Source: Lama glama
Taxonomy: Eukaryota
Length of the DNA: 64,000 nt
Direction: 5' to 3'
Assembly (NCBI GenBank): GCA_028534125.1
Contig: CM052817.1
Location: forward strand, 4,156,001-4,220,000
Under the pieces are notes generated by a model. That model was not told the DNA's origin, did no database searches, and saw nothing but the letters and a program-made list of their open reading frames with translations. The position numbers and the translations under genes are program-made. Numbering within the stretch: the first letter of the stretch is position 1; each line of letters begins with the position of its first letter. This document shows, piece by piece, positions 23,200 through 35,919 of the stretch.

Positions 23200-26100
23200 C
23201 TGTAGAGGGGTTCTCTTGTGTCTATGGATGAATACTAAGCCTGTCATATATCAGATGAAACTTCTTGAGATAAAAATCAAATAAGTACTAGATTTCTCAA
23301 AGGGCTGGGAGACATTTGAGCTTTGATCAGTCATGTTGGAAAGTCTTACTGAACACCCAGGTCATTCAGTAGAGACCCCAGAATGGCCATACCTTAGGAA
23401 TAAGGCTCATCTAACATTAATATGAAAGCAGCTCTAGGACCCATCCTAACAGAGGTAAACTTCAAAAGCATCAAACTGGTCTGCAAGTAAATTAACTGAC
23501 AGAAGAAAGCTAAACATTTTTTAGAGGAAGAAAACAACACTACACACTCAGCAAAATAACATCCAGTCAAAAATTACTAGACAAATGAAGACCCATGAAG
23601 ATGTGAACATAACTAGAAAAAATAAGTTAATAGAAAGAGACCCAGAGATGACAGATGGCAAAATTGGCATTCAAGGGCTTTTGAGAAGCTATTGTTAATA
23701 TGCTTCAGGATGCAGAGAAAAACATGAAACCAATTAACGGATAAAGTAGGATGAAACAGAGAACCAAATGAGACTTCTAGAACTGAAATATGCAATGCCA
23801 GAAATAAAAATTCATTGGATAGCTTTCTAGAAGATTAGACACTGCAGAAAATGAATAGCAAGCATGAAAATATAGTAACAGAAATGATCCAAACTGAAGT
23901 AAGGGGGGGAAAAAGCTGAAGAAAAAAAAAAAAAGAAGAAGAAGCCTTAGGGACTTGTGGGACACCAAGGGGCTATATAATCGGAGTATTGGAAGAGGTA
24001 TAGCAGGAAATAATATTTGAAGAAATAATGACCCAAAATATCTGAATTTGGATGAAAGTTATAAACAGAAAGATTGAAAAAGCTTAACAAACCCCAAGCA
24101 TCCTACATACAAACACATACCCCAATGCATATCTTAATCAAATTGCTGAAAATCAGTAATAAAAAGGATAATCTTAAAAGTAGCCAGAGGAAATATTACA
24201 TCAAAAGAAGAGCAAAGTTGCAAGATCTACACTGCTTGGATTTTCAGGATTCATTATAAAGTCTTATCACTAAGTGTGATATTGGCATCAAAGACAGAGA
24301 AATAGGTCAATGGAACAGAATAGACTCCAGAAATAGATCCGCACGTTATGTGGTCAATTGAGTTTTGACAAATGTGCAAAGAAAATTCTGTAGAGAAAGA
24401 ACACGGTCTTATCAATAAATGATGCTAGAGCAATTGGATATCTATATAAAAATGAGTTTTGATCCATACCTTGAACCACATATGGAAATTACCTCAAAAT
24501 GGATCATAGACCTAAATAAAAATTAAAATTACAAAAATTCCAGGAGAAAACATAGGAGAAAATTGTTGCAGTTTGGGGTTGGGCATAGATCTTAGACACA
24601 ATACCAAAAACATGAGAGACTGTTAAAACAGTGAAAAGACAAACTATAGGTGAGGAGAAATTATATGATTATGTAAATGAATGAATGAAAGAATGAATGA
24701 ATAAATAGGTAGGTAGGTAGGTAGTGGGGGGTATCAAGCTTCACAACAAAACAAACCCATTAAAAATGATCAAAAGATTTCATTAGACACTAAATATCTG
24801 TTAAGCCCTAGTTTCACTTCTTTTGGGTATATATCCAGATATGAAATTGCTGGAACATATGGTAATTCTTTGTTTAATTTTTGGGGAATCACTGTACAAT
24901 TTCCCACTGTTGCTGTGCCACTTTACATTCCTATCAACCATACACAGGGTTCTAGTTTCTCCACATCATCTCTAACACCTGTTATTTTCCAGTTTTCTGA
25001 TAGTCGCCATCCAAATGAGTGAGGGGGTCAACATACCTCTTAATAATTTATAAGCCACAGAGTAAAAATAAAAGCTTGTAAAGACAGAGACGATTTGAGC
25101 AACACAACTATAATCAGCTTTGTATAATGAATTCATTGACAACCTTCAACCTATCATACAAAGAACATTTATCACTTTAAGAAAGATACCATTTACAATA
25201 GCAAAACAAAATGAAAAATACATTTATTGACAGGTAGACAAGACTTTAACAGAGCAAATGATCATTCCATACTGAAAGATGTTTAAGAAGACCCAAATAA
25301 ACAAAGGGATTCATCAATAGAAGGGCTTGATATAAGATGTCACATCTCTCCAAACTGTGTGATAGTTTTAATGCAGTTCCCATTAAAATCCCAACAAGGT
25401 TCTTTGCAAAATTTGCCAAGCTAATTCTAAAATGTGTATGGAAGCACAAAGGTCTAAGAATAGCTTAAATGCCCCTGAAAAAGATGAACAATTCGGGGGT
25501 TGGGGGATTAGCTTTGACGGATACCAAGACTTACTATAAAGCCAAAGTAATTATGACAGTGTGATATCGATACAGAGATGGACAGATAGACAAATGACAC
25601 AAAATAGCAGACCACGAACACATGGACACTTGATATATATCACAGGTTGCATTGCAGTGAGAAAGGATGGAGTTTTAAATAAGTGATGATGGGACAATGG
25701 TATCCCCATGAGGGAAAAAATGAAATAGGATCTCTAGCTGACACTATACACAAAGCCCAATTCCAGGTGCATTAATTTCTAAAACTACAAAGTAAAACCT
25801 TAAAACATTTAGAAGGGAATATGGGAGAATATTTTGAGTGCCTCAAGATACAGAAGAATTTCTTAAACAAAATGCAAAACCACAAATCATAAATCAAAAT
25901 ACTGAAAGCACTATATTAAAATTAATATTTTTATTCACCCAAAGGAACCCATAATGATATGAACTGACAAGCCCTTAACTGAAAAAAGAGATGTGCAAAA
26001 CGTATGCCCAACAAAACAATAGGATAGAAAAAATATAAACAATCCCTGAAAATCAATACAAAAAGGACCACCCAATAGAACGACAGGCAAGCTACATTAA

Positions 26101-26920
26101 AAGGTACATTCATTGAGATAAAGGATGAGTAGCCAGAAATACAAGAGTTGCTGTCAGAGAAAGTCACAGTTAAATGGCTCTGAGACACCACTTCATTCTC
26201 ACCAGATTGGCAATAACTTAACATTCAGTCAATAGCATATGTTGACAAAAATGAGGAGGAATGGGATTTCTTGTATACTGATGGTTGGAAAATTAACTGG
26301 CATGAACATTTTGCAAAACTATTTCGTAGTATCTTGTAAAGATGAAGATGCCCGTGTCCATGACCCAGCAATTTCATTCCTATGGTACCTACTCTGGCAT
26401 AGCAGTTCTCAACCAGGGGCAACTTTGCTGCCCAGGAGGACATTTGGCACTCTCTGGAGGCATGTTTGGTGGTCACATGTAGGTGGGGAGGTGCTACTGG
26501 CATCTAGGGGGCGGGTCAGGGACAGGCCCCCTCTACAAAGAATTATCCTACCCCAAATGTCAGCAGTTCTGCCGTTGAGAAGCCCTGCTCTAGAAATCTC
26601 TTACCTTAGTGCATCAGAAATACGAATACTGGTGTTCTTTGTCACACTGTTCAAATAGAAAAAAAAAATCATCAGAATGGCTATTCACAGTTCAGTTACA
26701 TGTATCATAAAGGATGAATTTTAAACACTTGATATCAAGTAAAAAGTAAAATGTGATACTATGTACATGAAATTAGGAAAAAGATAAACACAGGCTTGAG
26801 AAGAATGGATACTAATTGTGGAGGGTGGCTTACGGGACATGATACTGTTCTATTTCTGAAGTTAGATGGTGGATACAATGATGTTTATTATACTATTGTT
26901 TATTCCTTGACCACAGTAAA
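23200..26920 (+). mobile_element. Cluster of old decayed L1 (L1MC/MD/ME-type) ORF1, ORF2 and 3' UTR fragments; antisense L1 piece at ~24805-25030
   Basis: A-rich strand; ORF1-like TPMHILIKLLKISNKKDNLK (24074 ORF); ORF2-like caatggaacagaataga and tcaaaatggatcatagacctaaat; many stops. Confidence 0.8.
26400..26587. mobile_element. MER20 (hAT-Charlie) nested in L1
   Basis: gttctcaaccagggg...gtgctactggcatctag...gttgagaagccctg; 8-bp TSD-like CTCTGGCA / CTCTAGAA. Confidence 0.85.
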
Positions 26921-27139
26921 ATCTTGAAGTCATGAATCCAATGATAACAGAAGTTCCTATTTAATAGTTACGGATTGAATCCTGTCCCCTGTCCAATTCC
27001 TGTTCTCAAAATGGGCGATCCAAATTCCTTCCCGTGTGGAGGGCTCTGATGACCTGGAGCTCCCGCACATCCTTATGGCTCACACTACTTGTGCAAAGTA
27101 TAATTTCACCATTTTCTTTTGTGAGGAGGGTTGTGTGTA

Positions 27140-27546
27140 CTTTTTTTTCTTAAATTTTAATTTTTTATCCAATTTTTTAAAGGTTACACTACATTTACAG
27201 TTATTACAAAATATTGGCTGTCTGCCCTGTGGTGTGCAATTCATCCTCAAGCCCGTGTGACACTCAACGGTTTGTACCTCCTGCTCCGCAACCCCTCGCT
27301 TGCCCCTCCTCTCCCTGCCACTGGTAACCACTAGTTTGTTTTCTGTATCTGTGAGTCTGCTTCTTTTTTGCTATACTGAGTAAGTTTATTGTCTTTTTTA
27401 GCTTCTACATATAAGTGATAACACGCAACATTTGTCTTTCTCTGTCTGACTCATTTCACTTAGCATAATGCCCTCCAAGCGCACCAATGTTGTTGCACGT
27501 GGCAAAATTTTTTCTTTTTTTAAGTAGTAGCGGAGTAGTATTCCAT
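27140..27546 (-). mobile_element. Artiodactyl-type L1 3' end
   Basis: T-rich tail on the left, then ggtaaccactagtttgttttctgtatctgtgagtctg...catttcacttagcataatgccctcc. Confidence 0.8.
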
Positions 27547-27580
27547 CATCACTGGTTTTGTGTTTGTGTGTGTGTTTGGG

Positions 27581-27739
27581 CTTTTTTTCCCTTCCTTCCT
27601 TCCTTCCTTCCTTCCTTCCTTCCTTCCTTCCTTCCTTCCTTCTCTTTCTTTCTTTCTTTCTTCCTTCCTTCCTTCCTTCCTTCCTTCTTTCTTCTTTCTT
27701 CCTTTCTTTCTTTTTCTTCCTTTCTTTCCTTTTTTTTTT
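27581..27739. repeat. (TTCC)n/(TTTC)n compound microsatellite, pure pyrimidine tract
   Basis: Directly visible; 159 consecutive pyrimidines. Confidence 0.95.
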
Positions 27740-28247
27740 GAAGTGCTATAGAATGCAACTGACATTTTTGGAAGCCCTTCTGTTGTGCTTTGGAGAACAT
27801 ACAGGCACACTAGGAGTCCATTCATGTAAATTTTCTGCATGTATCTGCACACGAGGAGATGCCCCAAGCCCAGGTCACCCAAGGGCCCATGGGGGTTACT
27901 CTGTGCCCTGAGATCCAAGGTGACCTTTTGTTTTCTTCCTTACATCTGCCAGTACTGGTTGAATTCTTTACAATGAGCATGTATTATTCATGGAACCAGA
28001 AATAGCCCACAGGAAGCCGTTTTCATTGAAAGGTGGAAAGGGGAAGAGAGAAGCACAGGGACCTTGCGGCTGAGAAGGCCAGACGCCCCTGCACTGGCGG
28101 TGGTGGGGAACTTGGGCCTCTGCCCGCCTCGCACCCCTGCAGGCTGCCCCACCCTGTTCCAGGAGGAAAGTCCCACAGCTCCCCTGCCCCAGGGAAGAGC
28201 CCTGTCCACTAGAGCCTTGGGCAGCTACCTTCATGCTCACCATTATC

Positions 28248-28720
28248 TTTTTGAAAACTTTTTATTTTGAGATAATTGTAGATTCACATGCAGTTGTAAG
28301 AAAAATACAGAGCAACCCCATATACTCTTCACCCAGTTTCCCCCAATAGGAGGTAATATCTTGCAAAACTGTAACACAATATTGCAAACCAGTTAACATT
28401 GATACCAGCCATCCACCTTATTCACATTTCCCTAGCTTTACATGAACTCGTGTGTGTGTGTGTGTGTGTGTGCGTGTGCGTGTGTAGTCCTGTGCAATTG
28501 GATCACAGGTCTAATTCTGCGCACCCACCACCACAGTCAAGATACAACACAGTTCCAGACAGGATTCCCACTGCTGAGCCTTAGAGTCACAGCCACCTCC
28601 CTGCCCCCTCCTCAACTCCTGGCAACTGCTAATCAATTCTCTGTTTCTATCACTGTGTCATTTTGATAAAGTTCTATCAGTGGAATCAGTCAGCTGTTTT
28701 CACTCAGCATGGTTCCTCCC
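28248..28720 (-). mobile_element. L1MC-type 3' end with internal (TG)n
   Basis: ttttattttgagataattgtagattcacatgcagttgtaag...cacccagtttcccc; (TG)n at ~28450-28485. Confidence 0.8.
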
Positions 28721-28759
28721 ATCGCCCTTTGGATTTGAAAGTGAACTGATGGAGAGCAC

Positions 28760-29720
28760 GGCCCTGGGGTCAAAAAGACCTGGCTGTAGTTCCCAGATCC
28801 TTTGTCAGAGTGACTTGGCCTCTCTGAGTCTCCACTATCTCATCTAGAAAAGGGGAATCACACACCCGGATGGAAGGAGGTAAGCTTTTCTGCTGCAGTT
28901 CCCAGCAGCGTTCACCCACGGATTACCCTGAACGGCCAGAGCCCTGTTCTAGGTGCATCACAGTCGTAATCTGCTTAAATAGCCTAACCAGCCTGGGACG
29001 CAGGCTCTGTTCTTCCCATTACTGAGATGAGGGAGTTGAGGTCCAAGGTGACCTAGGGACCAAACTGACCCAAGATTCACATCCCAGTCTGTCTGACAGG
29101 TGTGGTGTATGGCAACTTCTCTATTTGACAGGATGAGATCGAGGCTCAGAGAGGTGACAGGACTTGTTCCAGGGAGACAGCCAATTAGCGGCCAAGCCAA
29201 TGACAAAAACTGGTACTGCGTGGTGCTCCCTGCTCCTGGCCCACAATGGTGTTTCTGTGCTCCTTGGCCTCAGGGGGATGCCTGGAGATTTCCCGCTGCA
29301 TCTCTCCAGCAGCACAGCAGTGTTCTGCTCATTACAGGATGCAAAGGTGCTCAGCAGAGGACAGCAGTGGTGTTCATCACTGTGGGACCAAGCTGGCTGG
29401 TTCGAACCCTGGCTCTGCCACTTACCTCCTAGTAACCTTAGGCAAGTTACTGAACCTTTACATCCCTCAGTTTCCAAGGATAAGTTGGCGATTAAAATGA
29501 GGTAATATAGGTGAAGCTCAGCCCAGTACCTGGGACAGAGTGAGTTCTCAGCAATGTTCATTGCTATTAGCAATGTGGTTATTTATTTAGCCCCAGACCA
29601 GGCTGCCAGGGTTTGAATTCTGGCTCTACTGGCTGTGTGATCTGGGGCAAGTTACCTAACCTCTCTCTGCCTAGGGTTGTCGTGTGGACTACCTAAGTCA
29701 GTGCTCACAGAGTGCTTACA
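28760..29720. mobile_element. Cluster of MIR SINEs
   Basis: Several MIR cores in both orientations (e.g. ctggctctgccacttac...ggcaagttactgaacc). Confidence 0.65.
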
Positions 29721-30105
29721 CCTGCTCAGGGCAGGCTTGGCCGAAGTTTGCTCCTGCTTTTATTACTGCCCTCCCCAACCCAGCACAGCCTGCCACCCAG
29801 AAGGCGAGTCCTACAGGTTGGATCAGTTTCAACCATCCAATTGGGCGTGATGTTGCCCATTAGAGGGTCCTGATTTGTCCTTCTGGGGCCCTGGCTCAAA
29901 CTGCCCTGGTTCTGACTCTCAGCCTCCCTCATCCTCAACAATTCAGGGGGCTCTTGTCTCCCCTTCCCACCCACTCTCCATACAAAGGCCAACATCGGCC
30001 AACCAACCCCAGTGGTGTCATGCCCTGTTCCAAATTCCTCAGTCACTGTGTGCCCTTCAAGGCTCCTTATATGGTCTGGCCTTGCCACTTCTTAACCTTG
30101 AGTGC

Positions 30106-30119
30106 CCTCTAGGGGGCAG
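30106..30119 (+). promoter_or_regulatory. CTCF core motif
   Basis: CCTCTAGGGGGCAG closely matches CCASYAGRKGGCRS. Confidence 0.5.
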
Positions 30120-30789
30120 CAGGCTGAAATCCACGTCATGGTCTTCATGCCTCCATGGTCCTTCCACACATGCTACTGCCTGTCTAGAATGCCTGCTCAG
30201 CCTCCCTCCTTGTCTAACCTCAGCTCAAGTGCTCCCCTCCTCCAGGAAGCCCCTCCTGACTCCCTAAATGGCCCTAGGAGTTTCTTCCCCACACCCCTAT
30301 TGTTCTGGGCTGCCCATCGTAATGGGCCACGTACTCTTCTGTCTCTCCAGCTGGCCCATGAGCCTTGAGGGCAGGAGCTGTTTCCAGGCCATGTCCCACG
30401 TGCCGAGGCAGAGCAGTGGTACACAGCGGATGCCCATCGGTATCTGCGGAATCATCAGTGCAGCTGATGGGGCCGGCCTGCCCTTCCGCCCACGTTCACC
30501 AGGCTGTCTGCAATCCTGTCACTAATGCCCTTCCTCAGGAACTCTCAGTGCCCTCCTTTCAACTGGAAGGTCAAGTCCAAACGTGGGGCATTCATGCCAC
30601 TGTCCACTCTCCCTGGAACATTCTTTCTTTTCTTCTTCTAACTAGCTAATACTCGGAGCTAACTTCCTCAAGAAGATGCTCTGACCCTCAGACAAGCCAA
30701 GCTCCACGTGTTGTGATCTCCTGGCACCTTTTCCTCCTCCTTAGGAATGATCACAATGGAGACAAATGGTTGTGTAATTTACAATAACA

Positions 30790-31391
30790 TCTTGGAACCT
30801 GCAAATGTGAACTTATTTAGAAAAGAGGTCTTTGCAGATATGATTAGGTTAAGGCTCTTGTGATGAGATCATACTGGATTATCTGAGTGAGCCCTAAATC
30901 CAATGACCTACGTCCTTACAAAAGAGGAAAACCATATTCAATATCTTGTAATAACCTCTAATGGAAATGGATCTGAAAAAGAGCATATATATGTATATAT
31001 ATTCACTGAATATATATATATATATTCAGTTATGTATAACTGAATCACTTTGCTGTACATCTGAAATCAACACAACATTGTAAATTAACTAAACTTCAAT
31101 AAAAAAGACTGAATAAAGATGAATAGTTTTTTTAAAAAGATGAAAAGAGACACAGCGATGAAGATGGAGGCAGAGACCAGGGTGATGCGGCCACAAGCCG
31201 AGAACACCTGGAGCCACCGGAAGCTAAAAGCAACAAGGAAGAATTTCTCCCTAGAGCCTCTAGAGGGGGCACGCCCCCGCCAACACCTTGATTCGGGACT
31301 TCTGCCCTGAACACTATGTGAGAACAAATTTCTGTTGTTTTAAGCTCCCCAGTTTGTGGTAATTGACTATGGCAGCCCAGGAAACGAACAC
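30790..31391 (+). mobile_element. MaLR LTR (MLT1B/C-like) interrupted by an L1 3' end
   Basis: ggtctttgcagat...ccctaaatccaatgac before, and gaagatggaggcagag...aaatttctgttgttttaagc after, the inserted L1. Confidence 0.8.
30932..31134 (+). mobile_element. Short L1 3' end nested in MLT1
   Basis: tattcaatatcttgtaataacc...ataactgaatcactttgctgtaca; TSD-like AAAAGAGGAAAA (30920-30931) / AAAAGATGAAAA (31135-31146). Confidence 0.8.
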
Positions 31392-32056
31392 AGATTCATG
31401 TATGTTAACTCATTTAACCCCCACCCAAAGCTGGAAGGTTATTACTATTTTCAGCTCCCCTTTACAGATGAGGAAACTGAGGAAAGTTCAAGGTCAGTAA
31501 GTTGCCTAAGGTCACCAGCTAGCAAGTGGCAGAGCCGGGATCCAAAGCAGGCAGCCACGTTCCTGCAGCGGGCATGAGCCTCAAGCTCCACCCTGGCGGG
31601 ATCGCCTCTCCAACACTCTCAGACGTGCACAGCTGTCACGGGCACCGGGGTTACAACTTCTCAGAGCCGCATCTCTGATAAGAATGTTTGTCCTCACGAT
31701 GCTGAGCTGACACCTATCTCCCTGTGACGTCCAGGCCTGGGCCCACACACCGCAAGTCCCATGTGCCAGGGAGGCCACTTTGGAGGAGAGGGATGGGCTC
31801 TGGGCCCCCACGTGGCTGCTTGCCCCCTGGGGCCTCCTCATCTCTAATGAGGATGAAGGGGCCATACCTGCCTCGTAGGCTGGTCCTGAGGGTGTGCAGT
31901 GAGCAAGTGGTAGCAGTAGGAGTGGATTCACTGCAAAGCTAAGGACAGTGAAGCTGCAGGCGCCTCTGAGGCCTGGGACGGCCTGAGCTATGCATTCAGG
32001 GGGCCACGTTTTGAAAATTTAGTAAAAGCGAGATATTTTAGCCACATTTGGCTAAG

Positions 32057-32415
32057 CCCCCTGCCAGGGCTGCCATAACAAAGCACCACAGACTTGCTTT
32101 CTCATGATTCTGGAGGCTCTGAACCCAAGACGCAGGTGTGGGCAGGGCTGGTCTCCCCGGAGGCCCTTCTCCTTGGCTTGCAGACGGCCGTCTTCCCACC
32201 GCGTCCTCACATGGCCTTCCTGTTGTGCGTGTCTGTGTCTTAGTCTCCTCTTCTCATAAGGACATCGGTCATATCGGATTAGGAGCCACCCTTAAGACCT
32301 CATTTACCTTAATTAGCTCATTAAAGACCTTATCTTTAAATACAGTCAGTTTGAGGTGCTGGGGGTTAGGGCTACAACATACGAATTTTAGGTGGACACA
32401 GTTCAGCTCATAACA
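32057..32415 (-). mobile_element. MaLR LTR (MLT1A/B-like)
   Basis: agggctgccataacaaagcaccacagac...ccttggcttgcagacggccgtcttc...ending cataaca. Confidence 0.85.
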
Positions 32416-32541
32416 CTCATTGTCTCTTTCCCTCTGACCTGTGCTCATACTTCCTCTCACATTGGGAGGTGTGGGGGTGGCTGAAAGCATTTGGGGGATG
32501 TAGCTAAAGGGAAGTTGAGTCAAGGATGTCTTAATGTGAGG

Positions 32542-32678
32542 TTTTTTTTTTAAGTTTTACCTATTTATTTTTTTGGAGGGGGAATCAGTTTACTTATTTA
32601 GATGGAGGTACTGGGGATTGAACCCGGGGCCTCATGCGTTCTAAGCACACACACGATCACTGAGCTATACCCTCCCCC
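32542..32678 (-). mobile_element. Camelid vic-1-type tRNA-derived SINE
   Basis: Reverse strand reads gggggagggtatagctcagtg...gggttcaatccccagtacctcca plus an A-rich tail; A and B boxes; flanking TGTGAG duplication. Confidence 0.85.
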
Positions 32679-32924
32679 TTGGTGTGAGTTTAGTGGGATA
32701 TGTTTATATCGTCCTCAGCCAATCTGTGGCGGTCATGTTATTGCTCCCTGAGCAAGTACAATGGCTTCCAGGCGTGCCCTCCCTCACTCTGTGCCAACCC
32801 AGGTGTATGTGACACCGGAGGACATCAGTAGAGAAGGAATGGGGTTTAAGAGGTAAGTCTTCCAATGGGGAGACCTGGATTTGCAGACCTTCAGAGTCAC
32901 AAGGCAACCTTCGAATCACCTAAT

Positions 32925-33106
32925 CCAGGACCTGACAGGTCTCAGCAGACACTGGAATCACCTGGGGGCACTTAGTAAAATACTGATTCCTGGGCCCTGC
33001 TATTCTGAGGCCCCATTTCAGTGGGATGCAGAGGAGCCCGGGCATCTGCACTTTTCATATGCTTTCCCCATGTGCCTGTGAGGGGCACTGAGGTTTTAGA
33101 AGTGCT
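32925..33106. mobile_element. MER5A/B
   Basis: ggaatcacctggggg...aaaatactgattcctgggccc...ttttagaagtgctg. Confidence 0.7.
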
Positions 33107-33710
33107 GACAGAGTCATATTCTGGAAGATTTGTTTGAATTTGTACAATTGCATTTATCCTGAAAATTAATAAAATCATGATCAGGAAACTAAAAAAATCT
33201 AATTCCTCTAAATATTGGTGTCCATTTATGAAAGAATGGTGGTAGTTTTCCTAAATTTGACAACAATCCTAAAAATGTACATGACTAGTAATAATGAGTT
33301 ATGAGGCTGAAAGTACGTTTTCTAATTAACGTTTTTAAAAAAATCCATCATTAGAGAAGTAATTTGAATTGTCTTTCTAATTTTTCCATAGAAACAATAT
33401 TGCAAAATTATTATCCTGTGAAGAGACAATCTAAAAAGGTGAAAAAGCCCAAAAAAGTAGAGAAATATATTATAAAGGTGGATATCAAGTAGTTAACTTA
33501 AAAATCACTGTACTATTTTTCTGGACTTTGTAATGTTTGCTTTCTGACAAATTGAAAGTTTTAAACATTTGTTGTGATTTTTTCAATTATTCTAAATAAA
33601 TGTTCACTTTTATACCTAATTTTGTACTGTAATTTAAAAATTTTCTTTTCTTAAAGAGGACCTCCCAAATTGTGGAAACTCCAGGTCCTAGGAAACCTGG
33701 TCCACCACTG

Positions 33711-35180
33711 CTAGTTGCCTGCTCAAAATCTACTCTCCCCTCTTCCTCACTGATAGAACCCTAGTTTAGTTTCAGGCAACAAAGAACCCTCCTTAATATT
33801 TTTTTCTTTTTTTAATTTCCATGAAGCCAGAGATGGCATGTGACACTGACCTGGTCCAAGAATAGAGGTCTCTGGGAAGAGTTTCCAGGAAAGTGGCTAA
33901 AGGGAACCAACTCAGTTGAGTGTGTTTTTTGTCCTCTATAATCTTGACTGGAATAGTGATGTGATGCTGGAGGTAGGGCAGCCATCTTGTCACCAAGAGG
34001 ATACTATGAGGAAGAAAATTACATGCTGAGGATGAAGGAATAAAAGAGGACAAATAAGGGACAGCTTACCTTTGGGTTTCTTGTTGAGTGAGAAAAAAAA
34101 TACTTCATTTGTTTAAGCCACTGTAGAGTTTGCATTTTGATTACTCACAGCCAAATATAATCCCTAACTAATACACACATATCAACGTATACAAAACTAA
34201 GTGTCTTAAATAAGAGAAATTAGTTGTTTCTCAATTCTAGAAGCTAGAAGTCTGAGATCAAGGTGTCAGTATGGCCACGTGCCCTCTGAAGGGACCAGGG
34301 AAGGATCTGTTCCAGGGCTCTCTTCTAGCTTCTGGGGGTTTTCTGGCAATCTTTGGCCTTTCTTGGCTTATTGATGCATCACCCCAATTTCTGCCTTCAT
34401 GTCCACATGACACTCTCCCTGTGTGTGGATCTCTGTGTCTAAATCTCCCCTTTTTATAAGGATAGCAGTCATATTGGATAAAGGCCCACTCCCACTCCAG
34501 TACAATCTCATCTTAACTAATTAATCTGCAATGACCCTGTTTTGAAATAAGGTCATATTCTGAGATACTGGGAATTAGGACCTCAATGTTTGACTTTTTT
34601 GGAACGTGATTCTACTCTTAGCATCAGGGTCCAGCCTGATGCCTCCTCTCTCCAGCCCATGTCTTGAGCAAGTCTTGCCAATTCGATTGCCTGACCCTCT
34701 CTGATGTTTCTCTTCCCTTGTCACCAAAGCCACGTCCACCCACCTCTTTGATCTACACTTTCCTCCTTCAGTCTGCAATCCATAGACAGCCAGTGCATCT
34801 GTTAATGAGAGTCTCAGACCTGTTCAGATTTTCCATGTTTCCTCATCTACTTAGAACATGAGACATCTGCACTTCTTCGCCCTGATTCAAGTCAGGCATG
34901 GCCATGTGACTTGCTTTGGCCAACAAGCCATGAGGGGAAGTCATGTGTCTCTTCCAAGTGGAAGCTTTAAAAGCTAGTACAGTTTGCCACCTTTCTTGCA
35001 AACTGCCAGAAATATTGTGGGGACACAGTTTAAGATAGAGCCTCCATGGGCTTGGGCTCCTGATTCACTAGAGCAAGCAGGGCCCCCTGCTGGCCCAGGG
35101 GGAATGTGTAGTGTGAGCAAGAAACAAGACAGTGAGATTTGGGTTTGTTTGTTACCCAGGCTTAACATAGTTTATCCTGA
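33711..35180. mobile_element. Adjacent MaLR LTRs (MLT1J-like 33711-34175, antisense MLT1C-like ~34190-34620, MLT1 fragment ~34880-35180)
   Basis: Characteristic MLT1 motifs (gcagccatcttgtcacc, gtttaagccact, cctaactaataca; aagtctgagatcaaggtgtcag; ggccatgtgacttgctttggcc). Confidence 0.7.
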
Positions 35181-35919
35181 CATGTACATTTTAAATAATA
35201 AATCTGACAGACCACTTTCCCTAGTGAGACAGTCTTGGGATAAACTCCAAATTCTTTCCCATAGCCTACAAGATCTGCTGAGTGCTGGTCTCTGCCCACT
35301 CTCCCACTCACCTCTTTGTAGCCCAGAGATAACCACTTTCTTTGATTCTCAAATATGCCACATTTTCCTCCAGTCAAGGTGTTTACCTGTGCTGTTCCCT
35401 TGATGTGGATGCCCTGTCCTCCCTTCTCTTTGCTAGAATGTAATCTCTAGGAGGGCAGCTGCTTGCTCTCTGCTCACTGTGGCATCTCTAGATCTTAATG
35501 GCCACTTGGTACACAGGATGTGCTCGATAAATATTTGAGACAAGAAACTGAATGAATGAATCTTTGCCTCGCTAAGTCCTTCCCTTCCTTCAGGCCTCAG
35601 CTGGACATGACAAGGTTCATCTTAACTATTGTTTGGTGATGCTGTTTTGCCTAGTGGTGAAAGTTCTGGGCTCAGGAGTAAGACTCCTGGCTCTGCCACT
35701 TGCTGACTGTGTCACCTTCAACATTTTTCTTTAACCTCTGACCTTCAGATTTCCATCTATACAAAGGGGGAAACACAGTACCTGTGGTGATTGTGTCTTC
35801 AGGACCACCAATGGCCCAGAATGGCCACACCTCCAGGTTATGCATACACTCCCCACAAACTGGGTGTGAGCCCCCTGAGGGCAGGAACGAGCTTCCTGGG
35901 GCCCTTAGCCCTAAGTGGA

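Larger units (their letters stand above)
31917..33710 (+). mobile_element. Zaphod-like hAT-Tip100 DNA transposon, internally deleted, with nested insertions
   Basis: Both termini resemble Zaphod as remembered (aggagtggattcactgcaaagctaa; aagaggacctcccaaattgt...aaacctggtccaccactg). ~33245-33325 translates, with one frameshift, to VFLNLTTILKMYMT/IMSYEAESTFS, like the hAT C-terminal dimerisation motif. Confidence 0.7.

Noticed and set aside
27487..27918. KEGR/LPSF-repeat ORFs
   Set aside because: Translations of the (TTCC)n microsatellite.
32542..32678. tRNA genes (also 58311-58458 and 63864-64000)
   Set aside because: tRNA-like heads followed by a shared tail and A-rich end; these are SINEs with degenerate stems.
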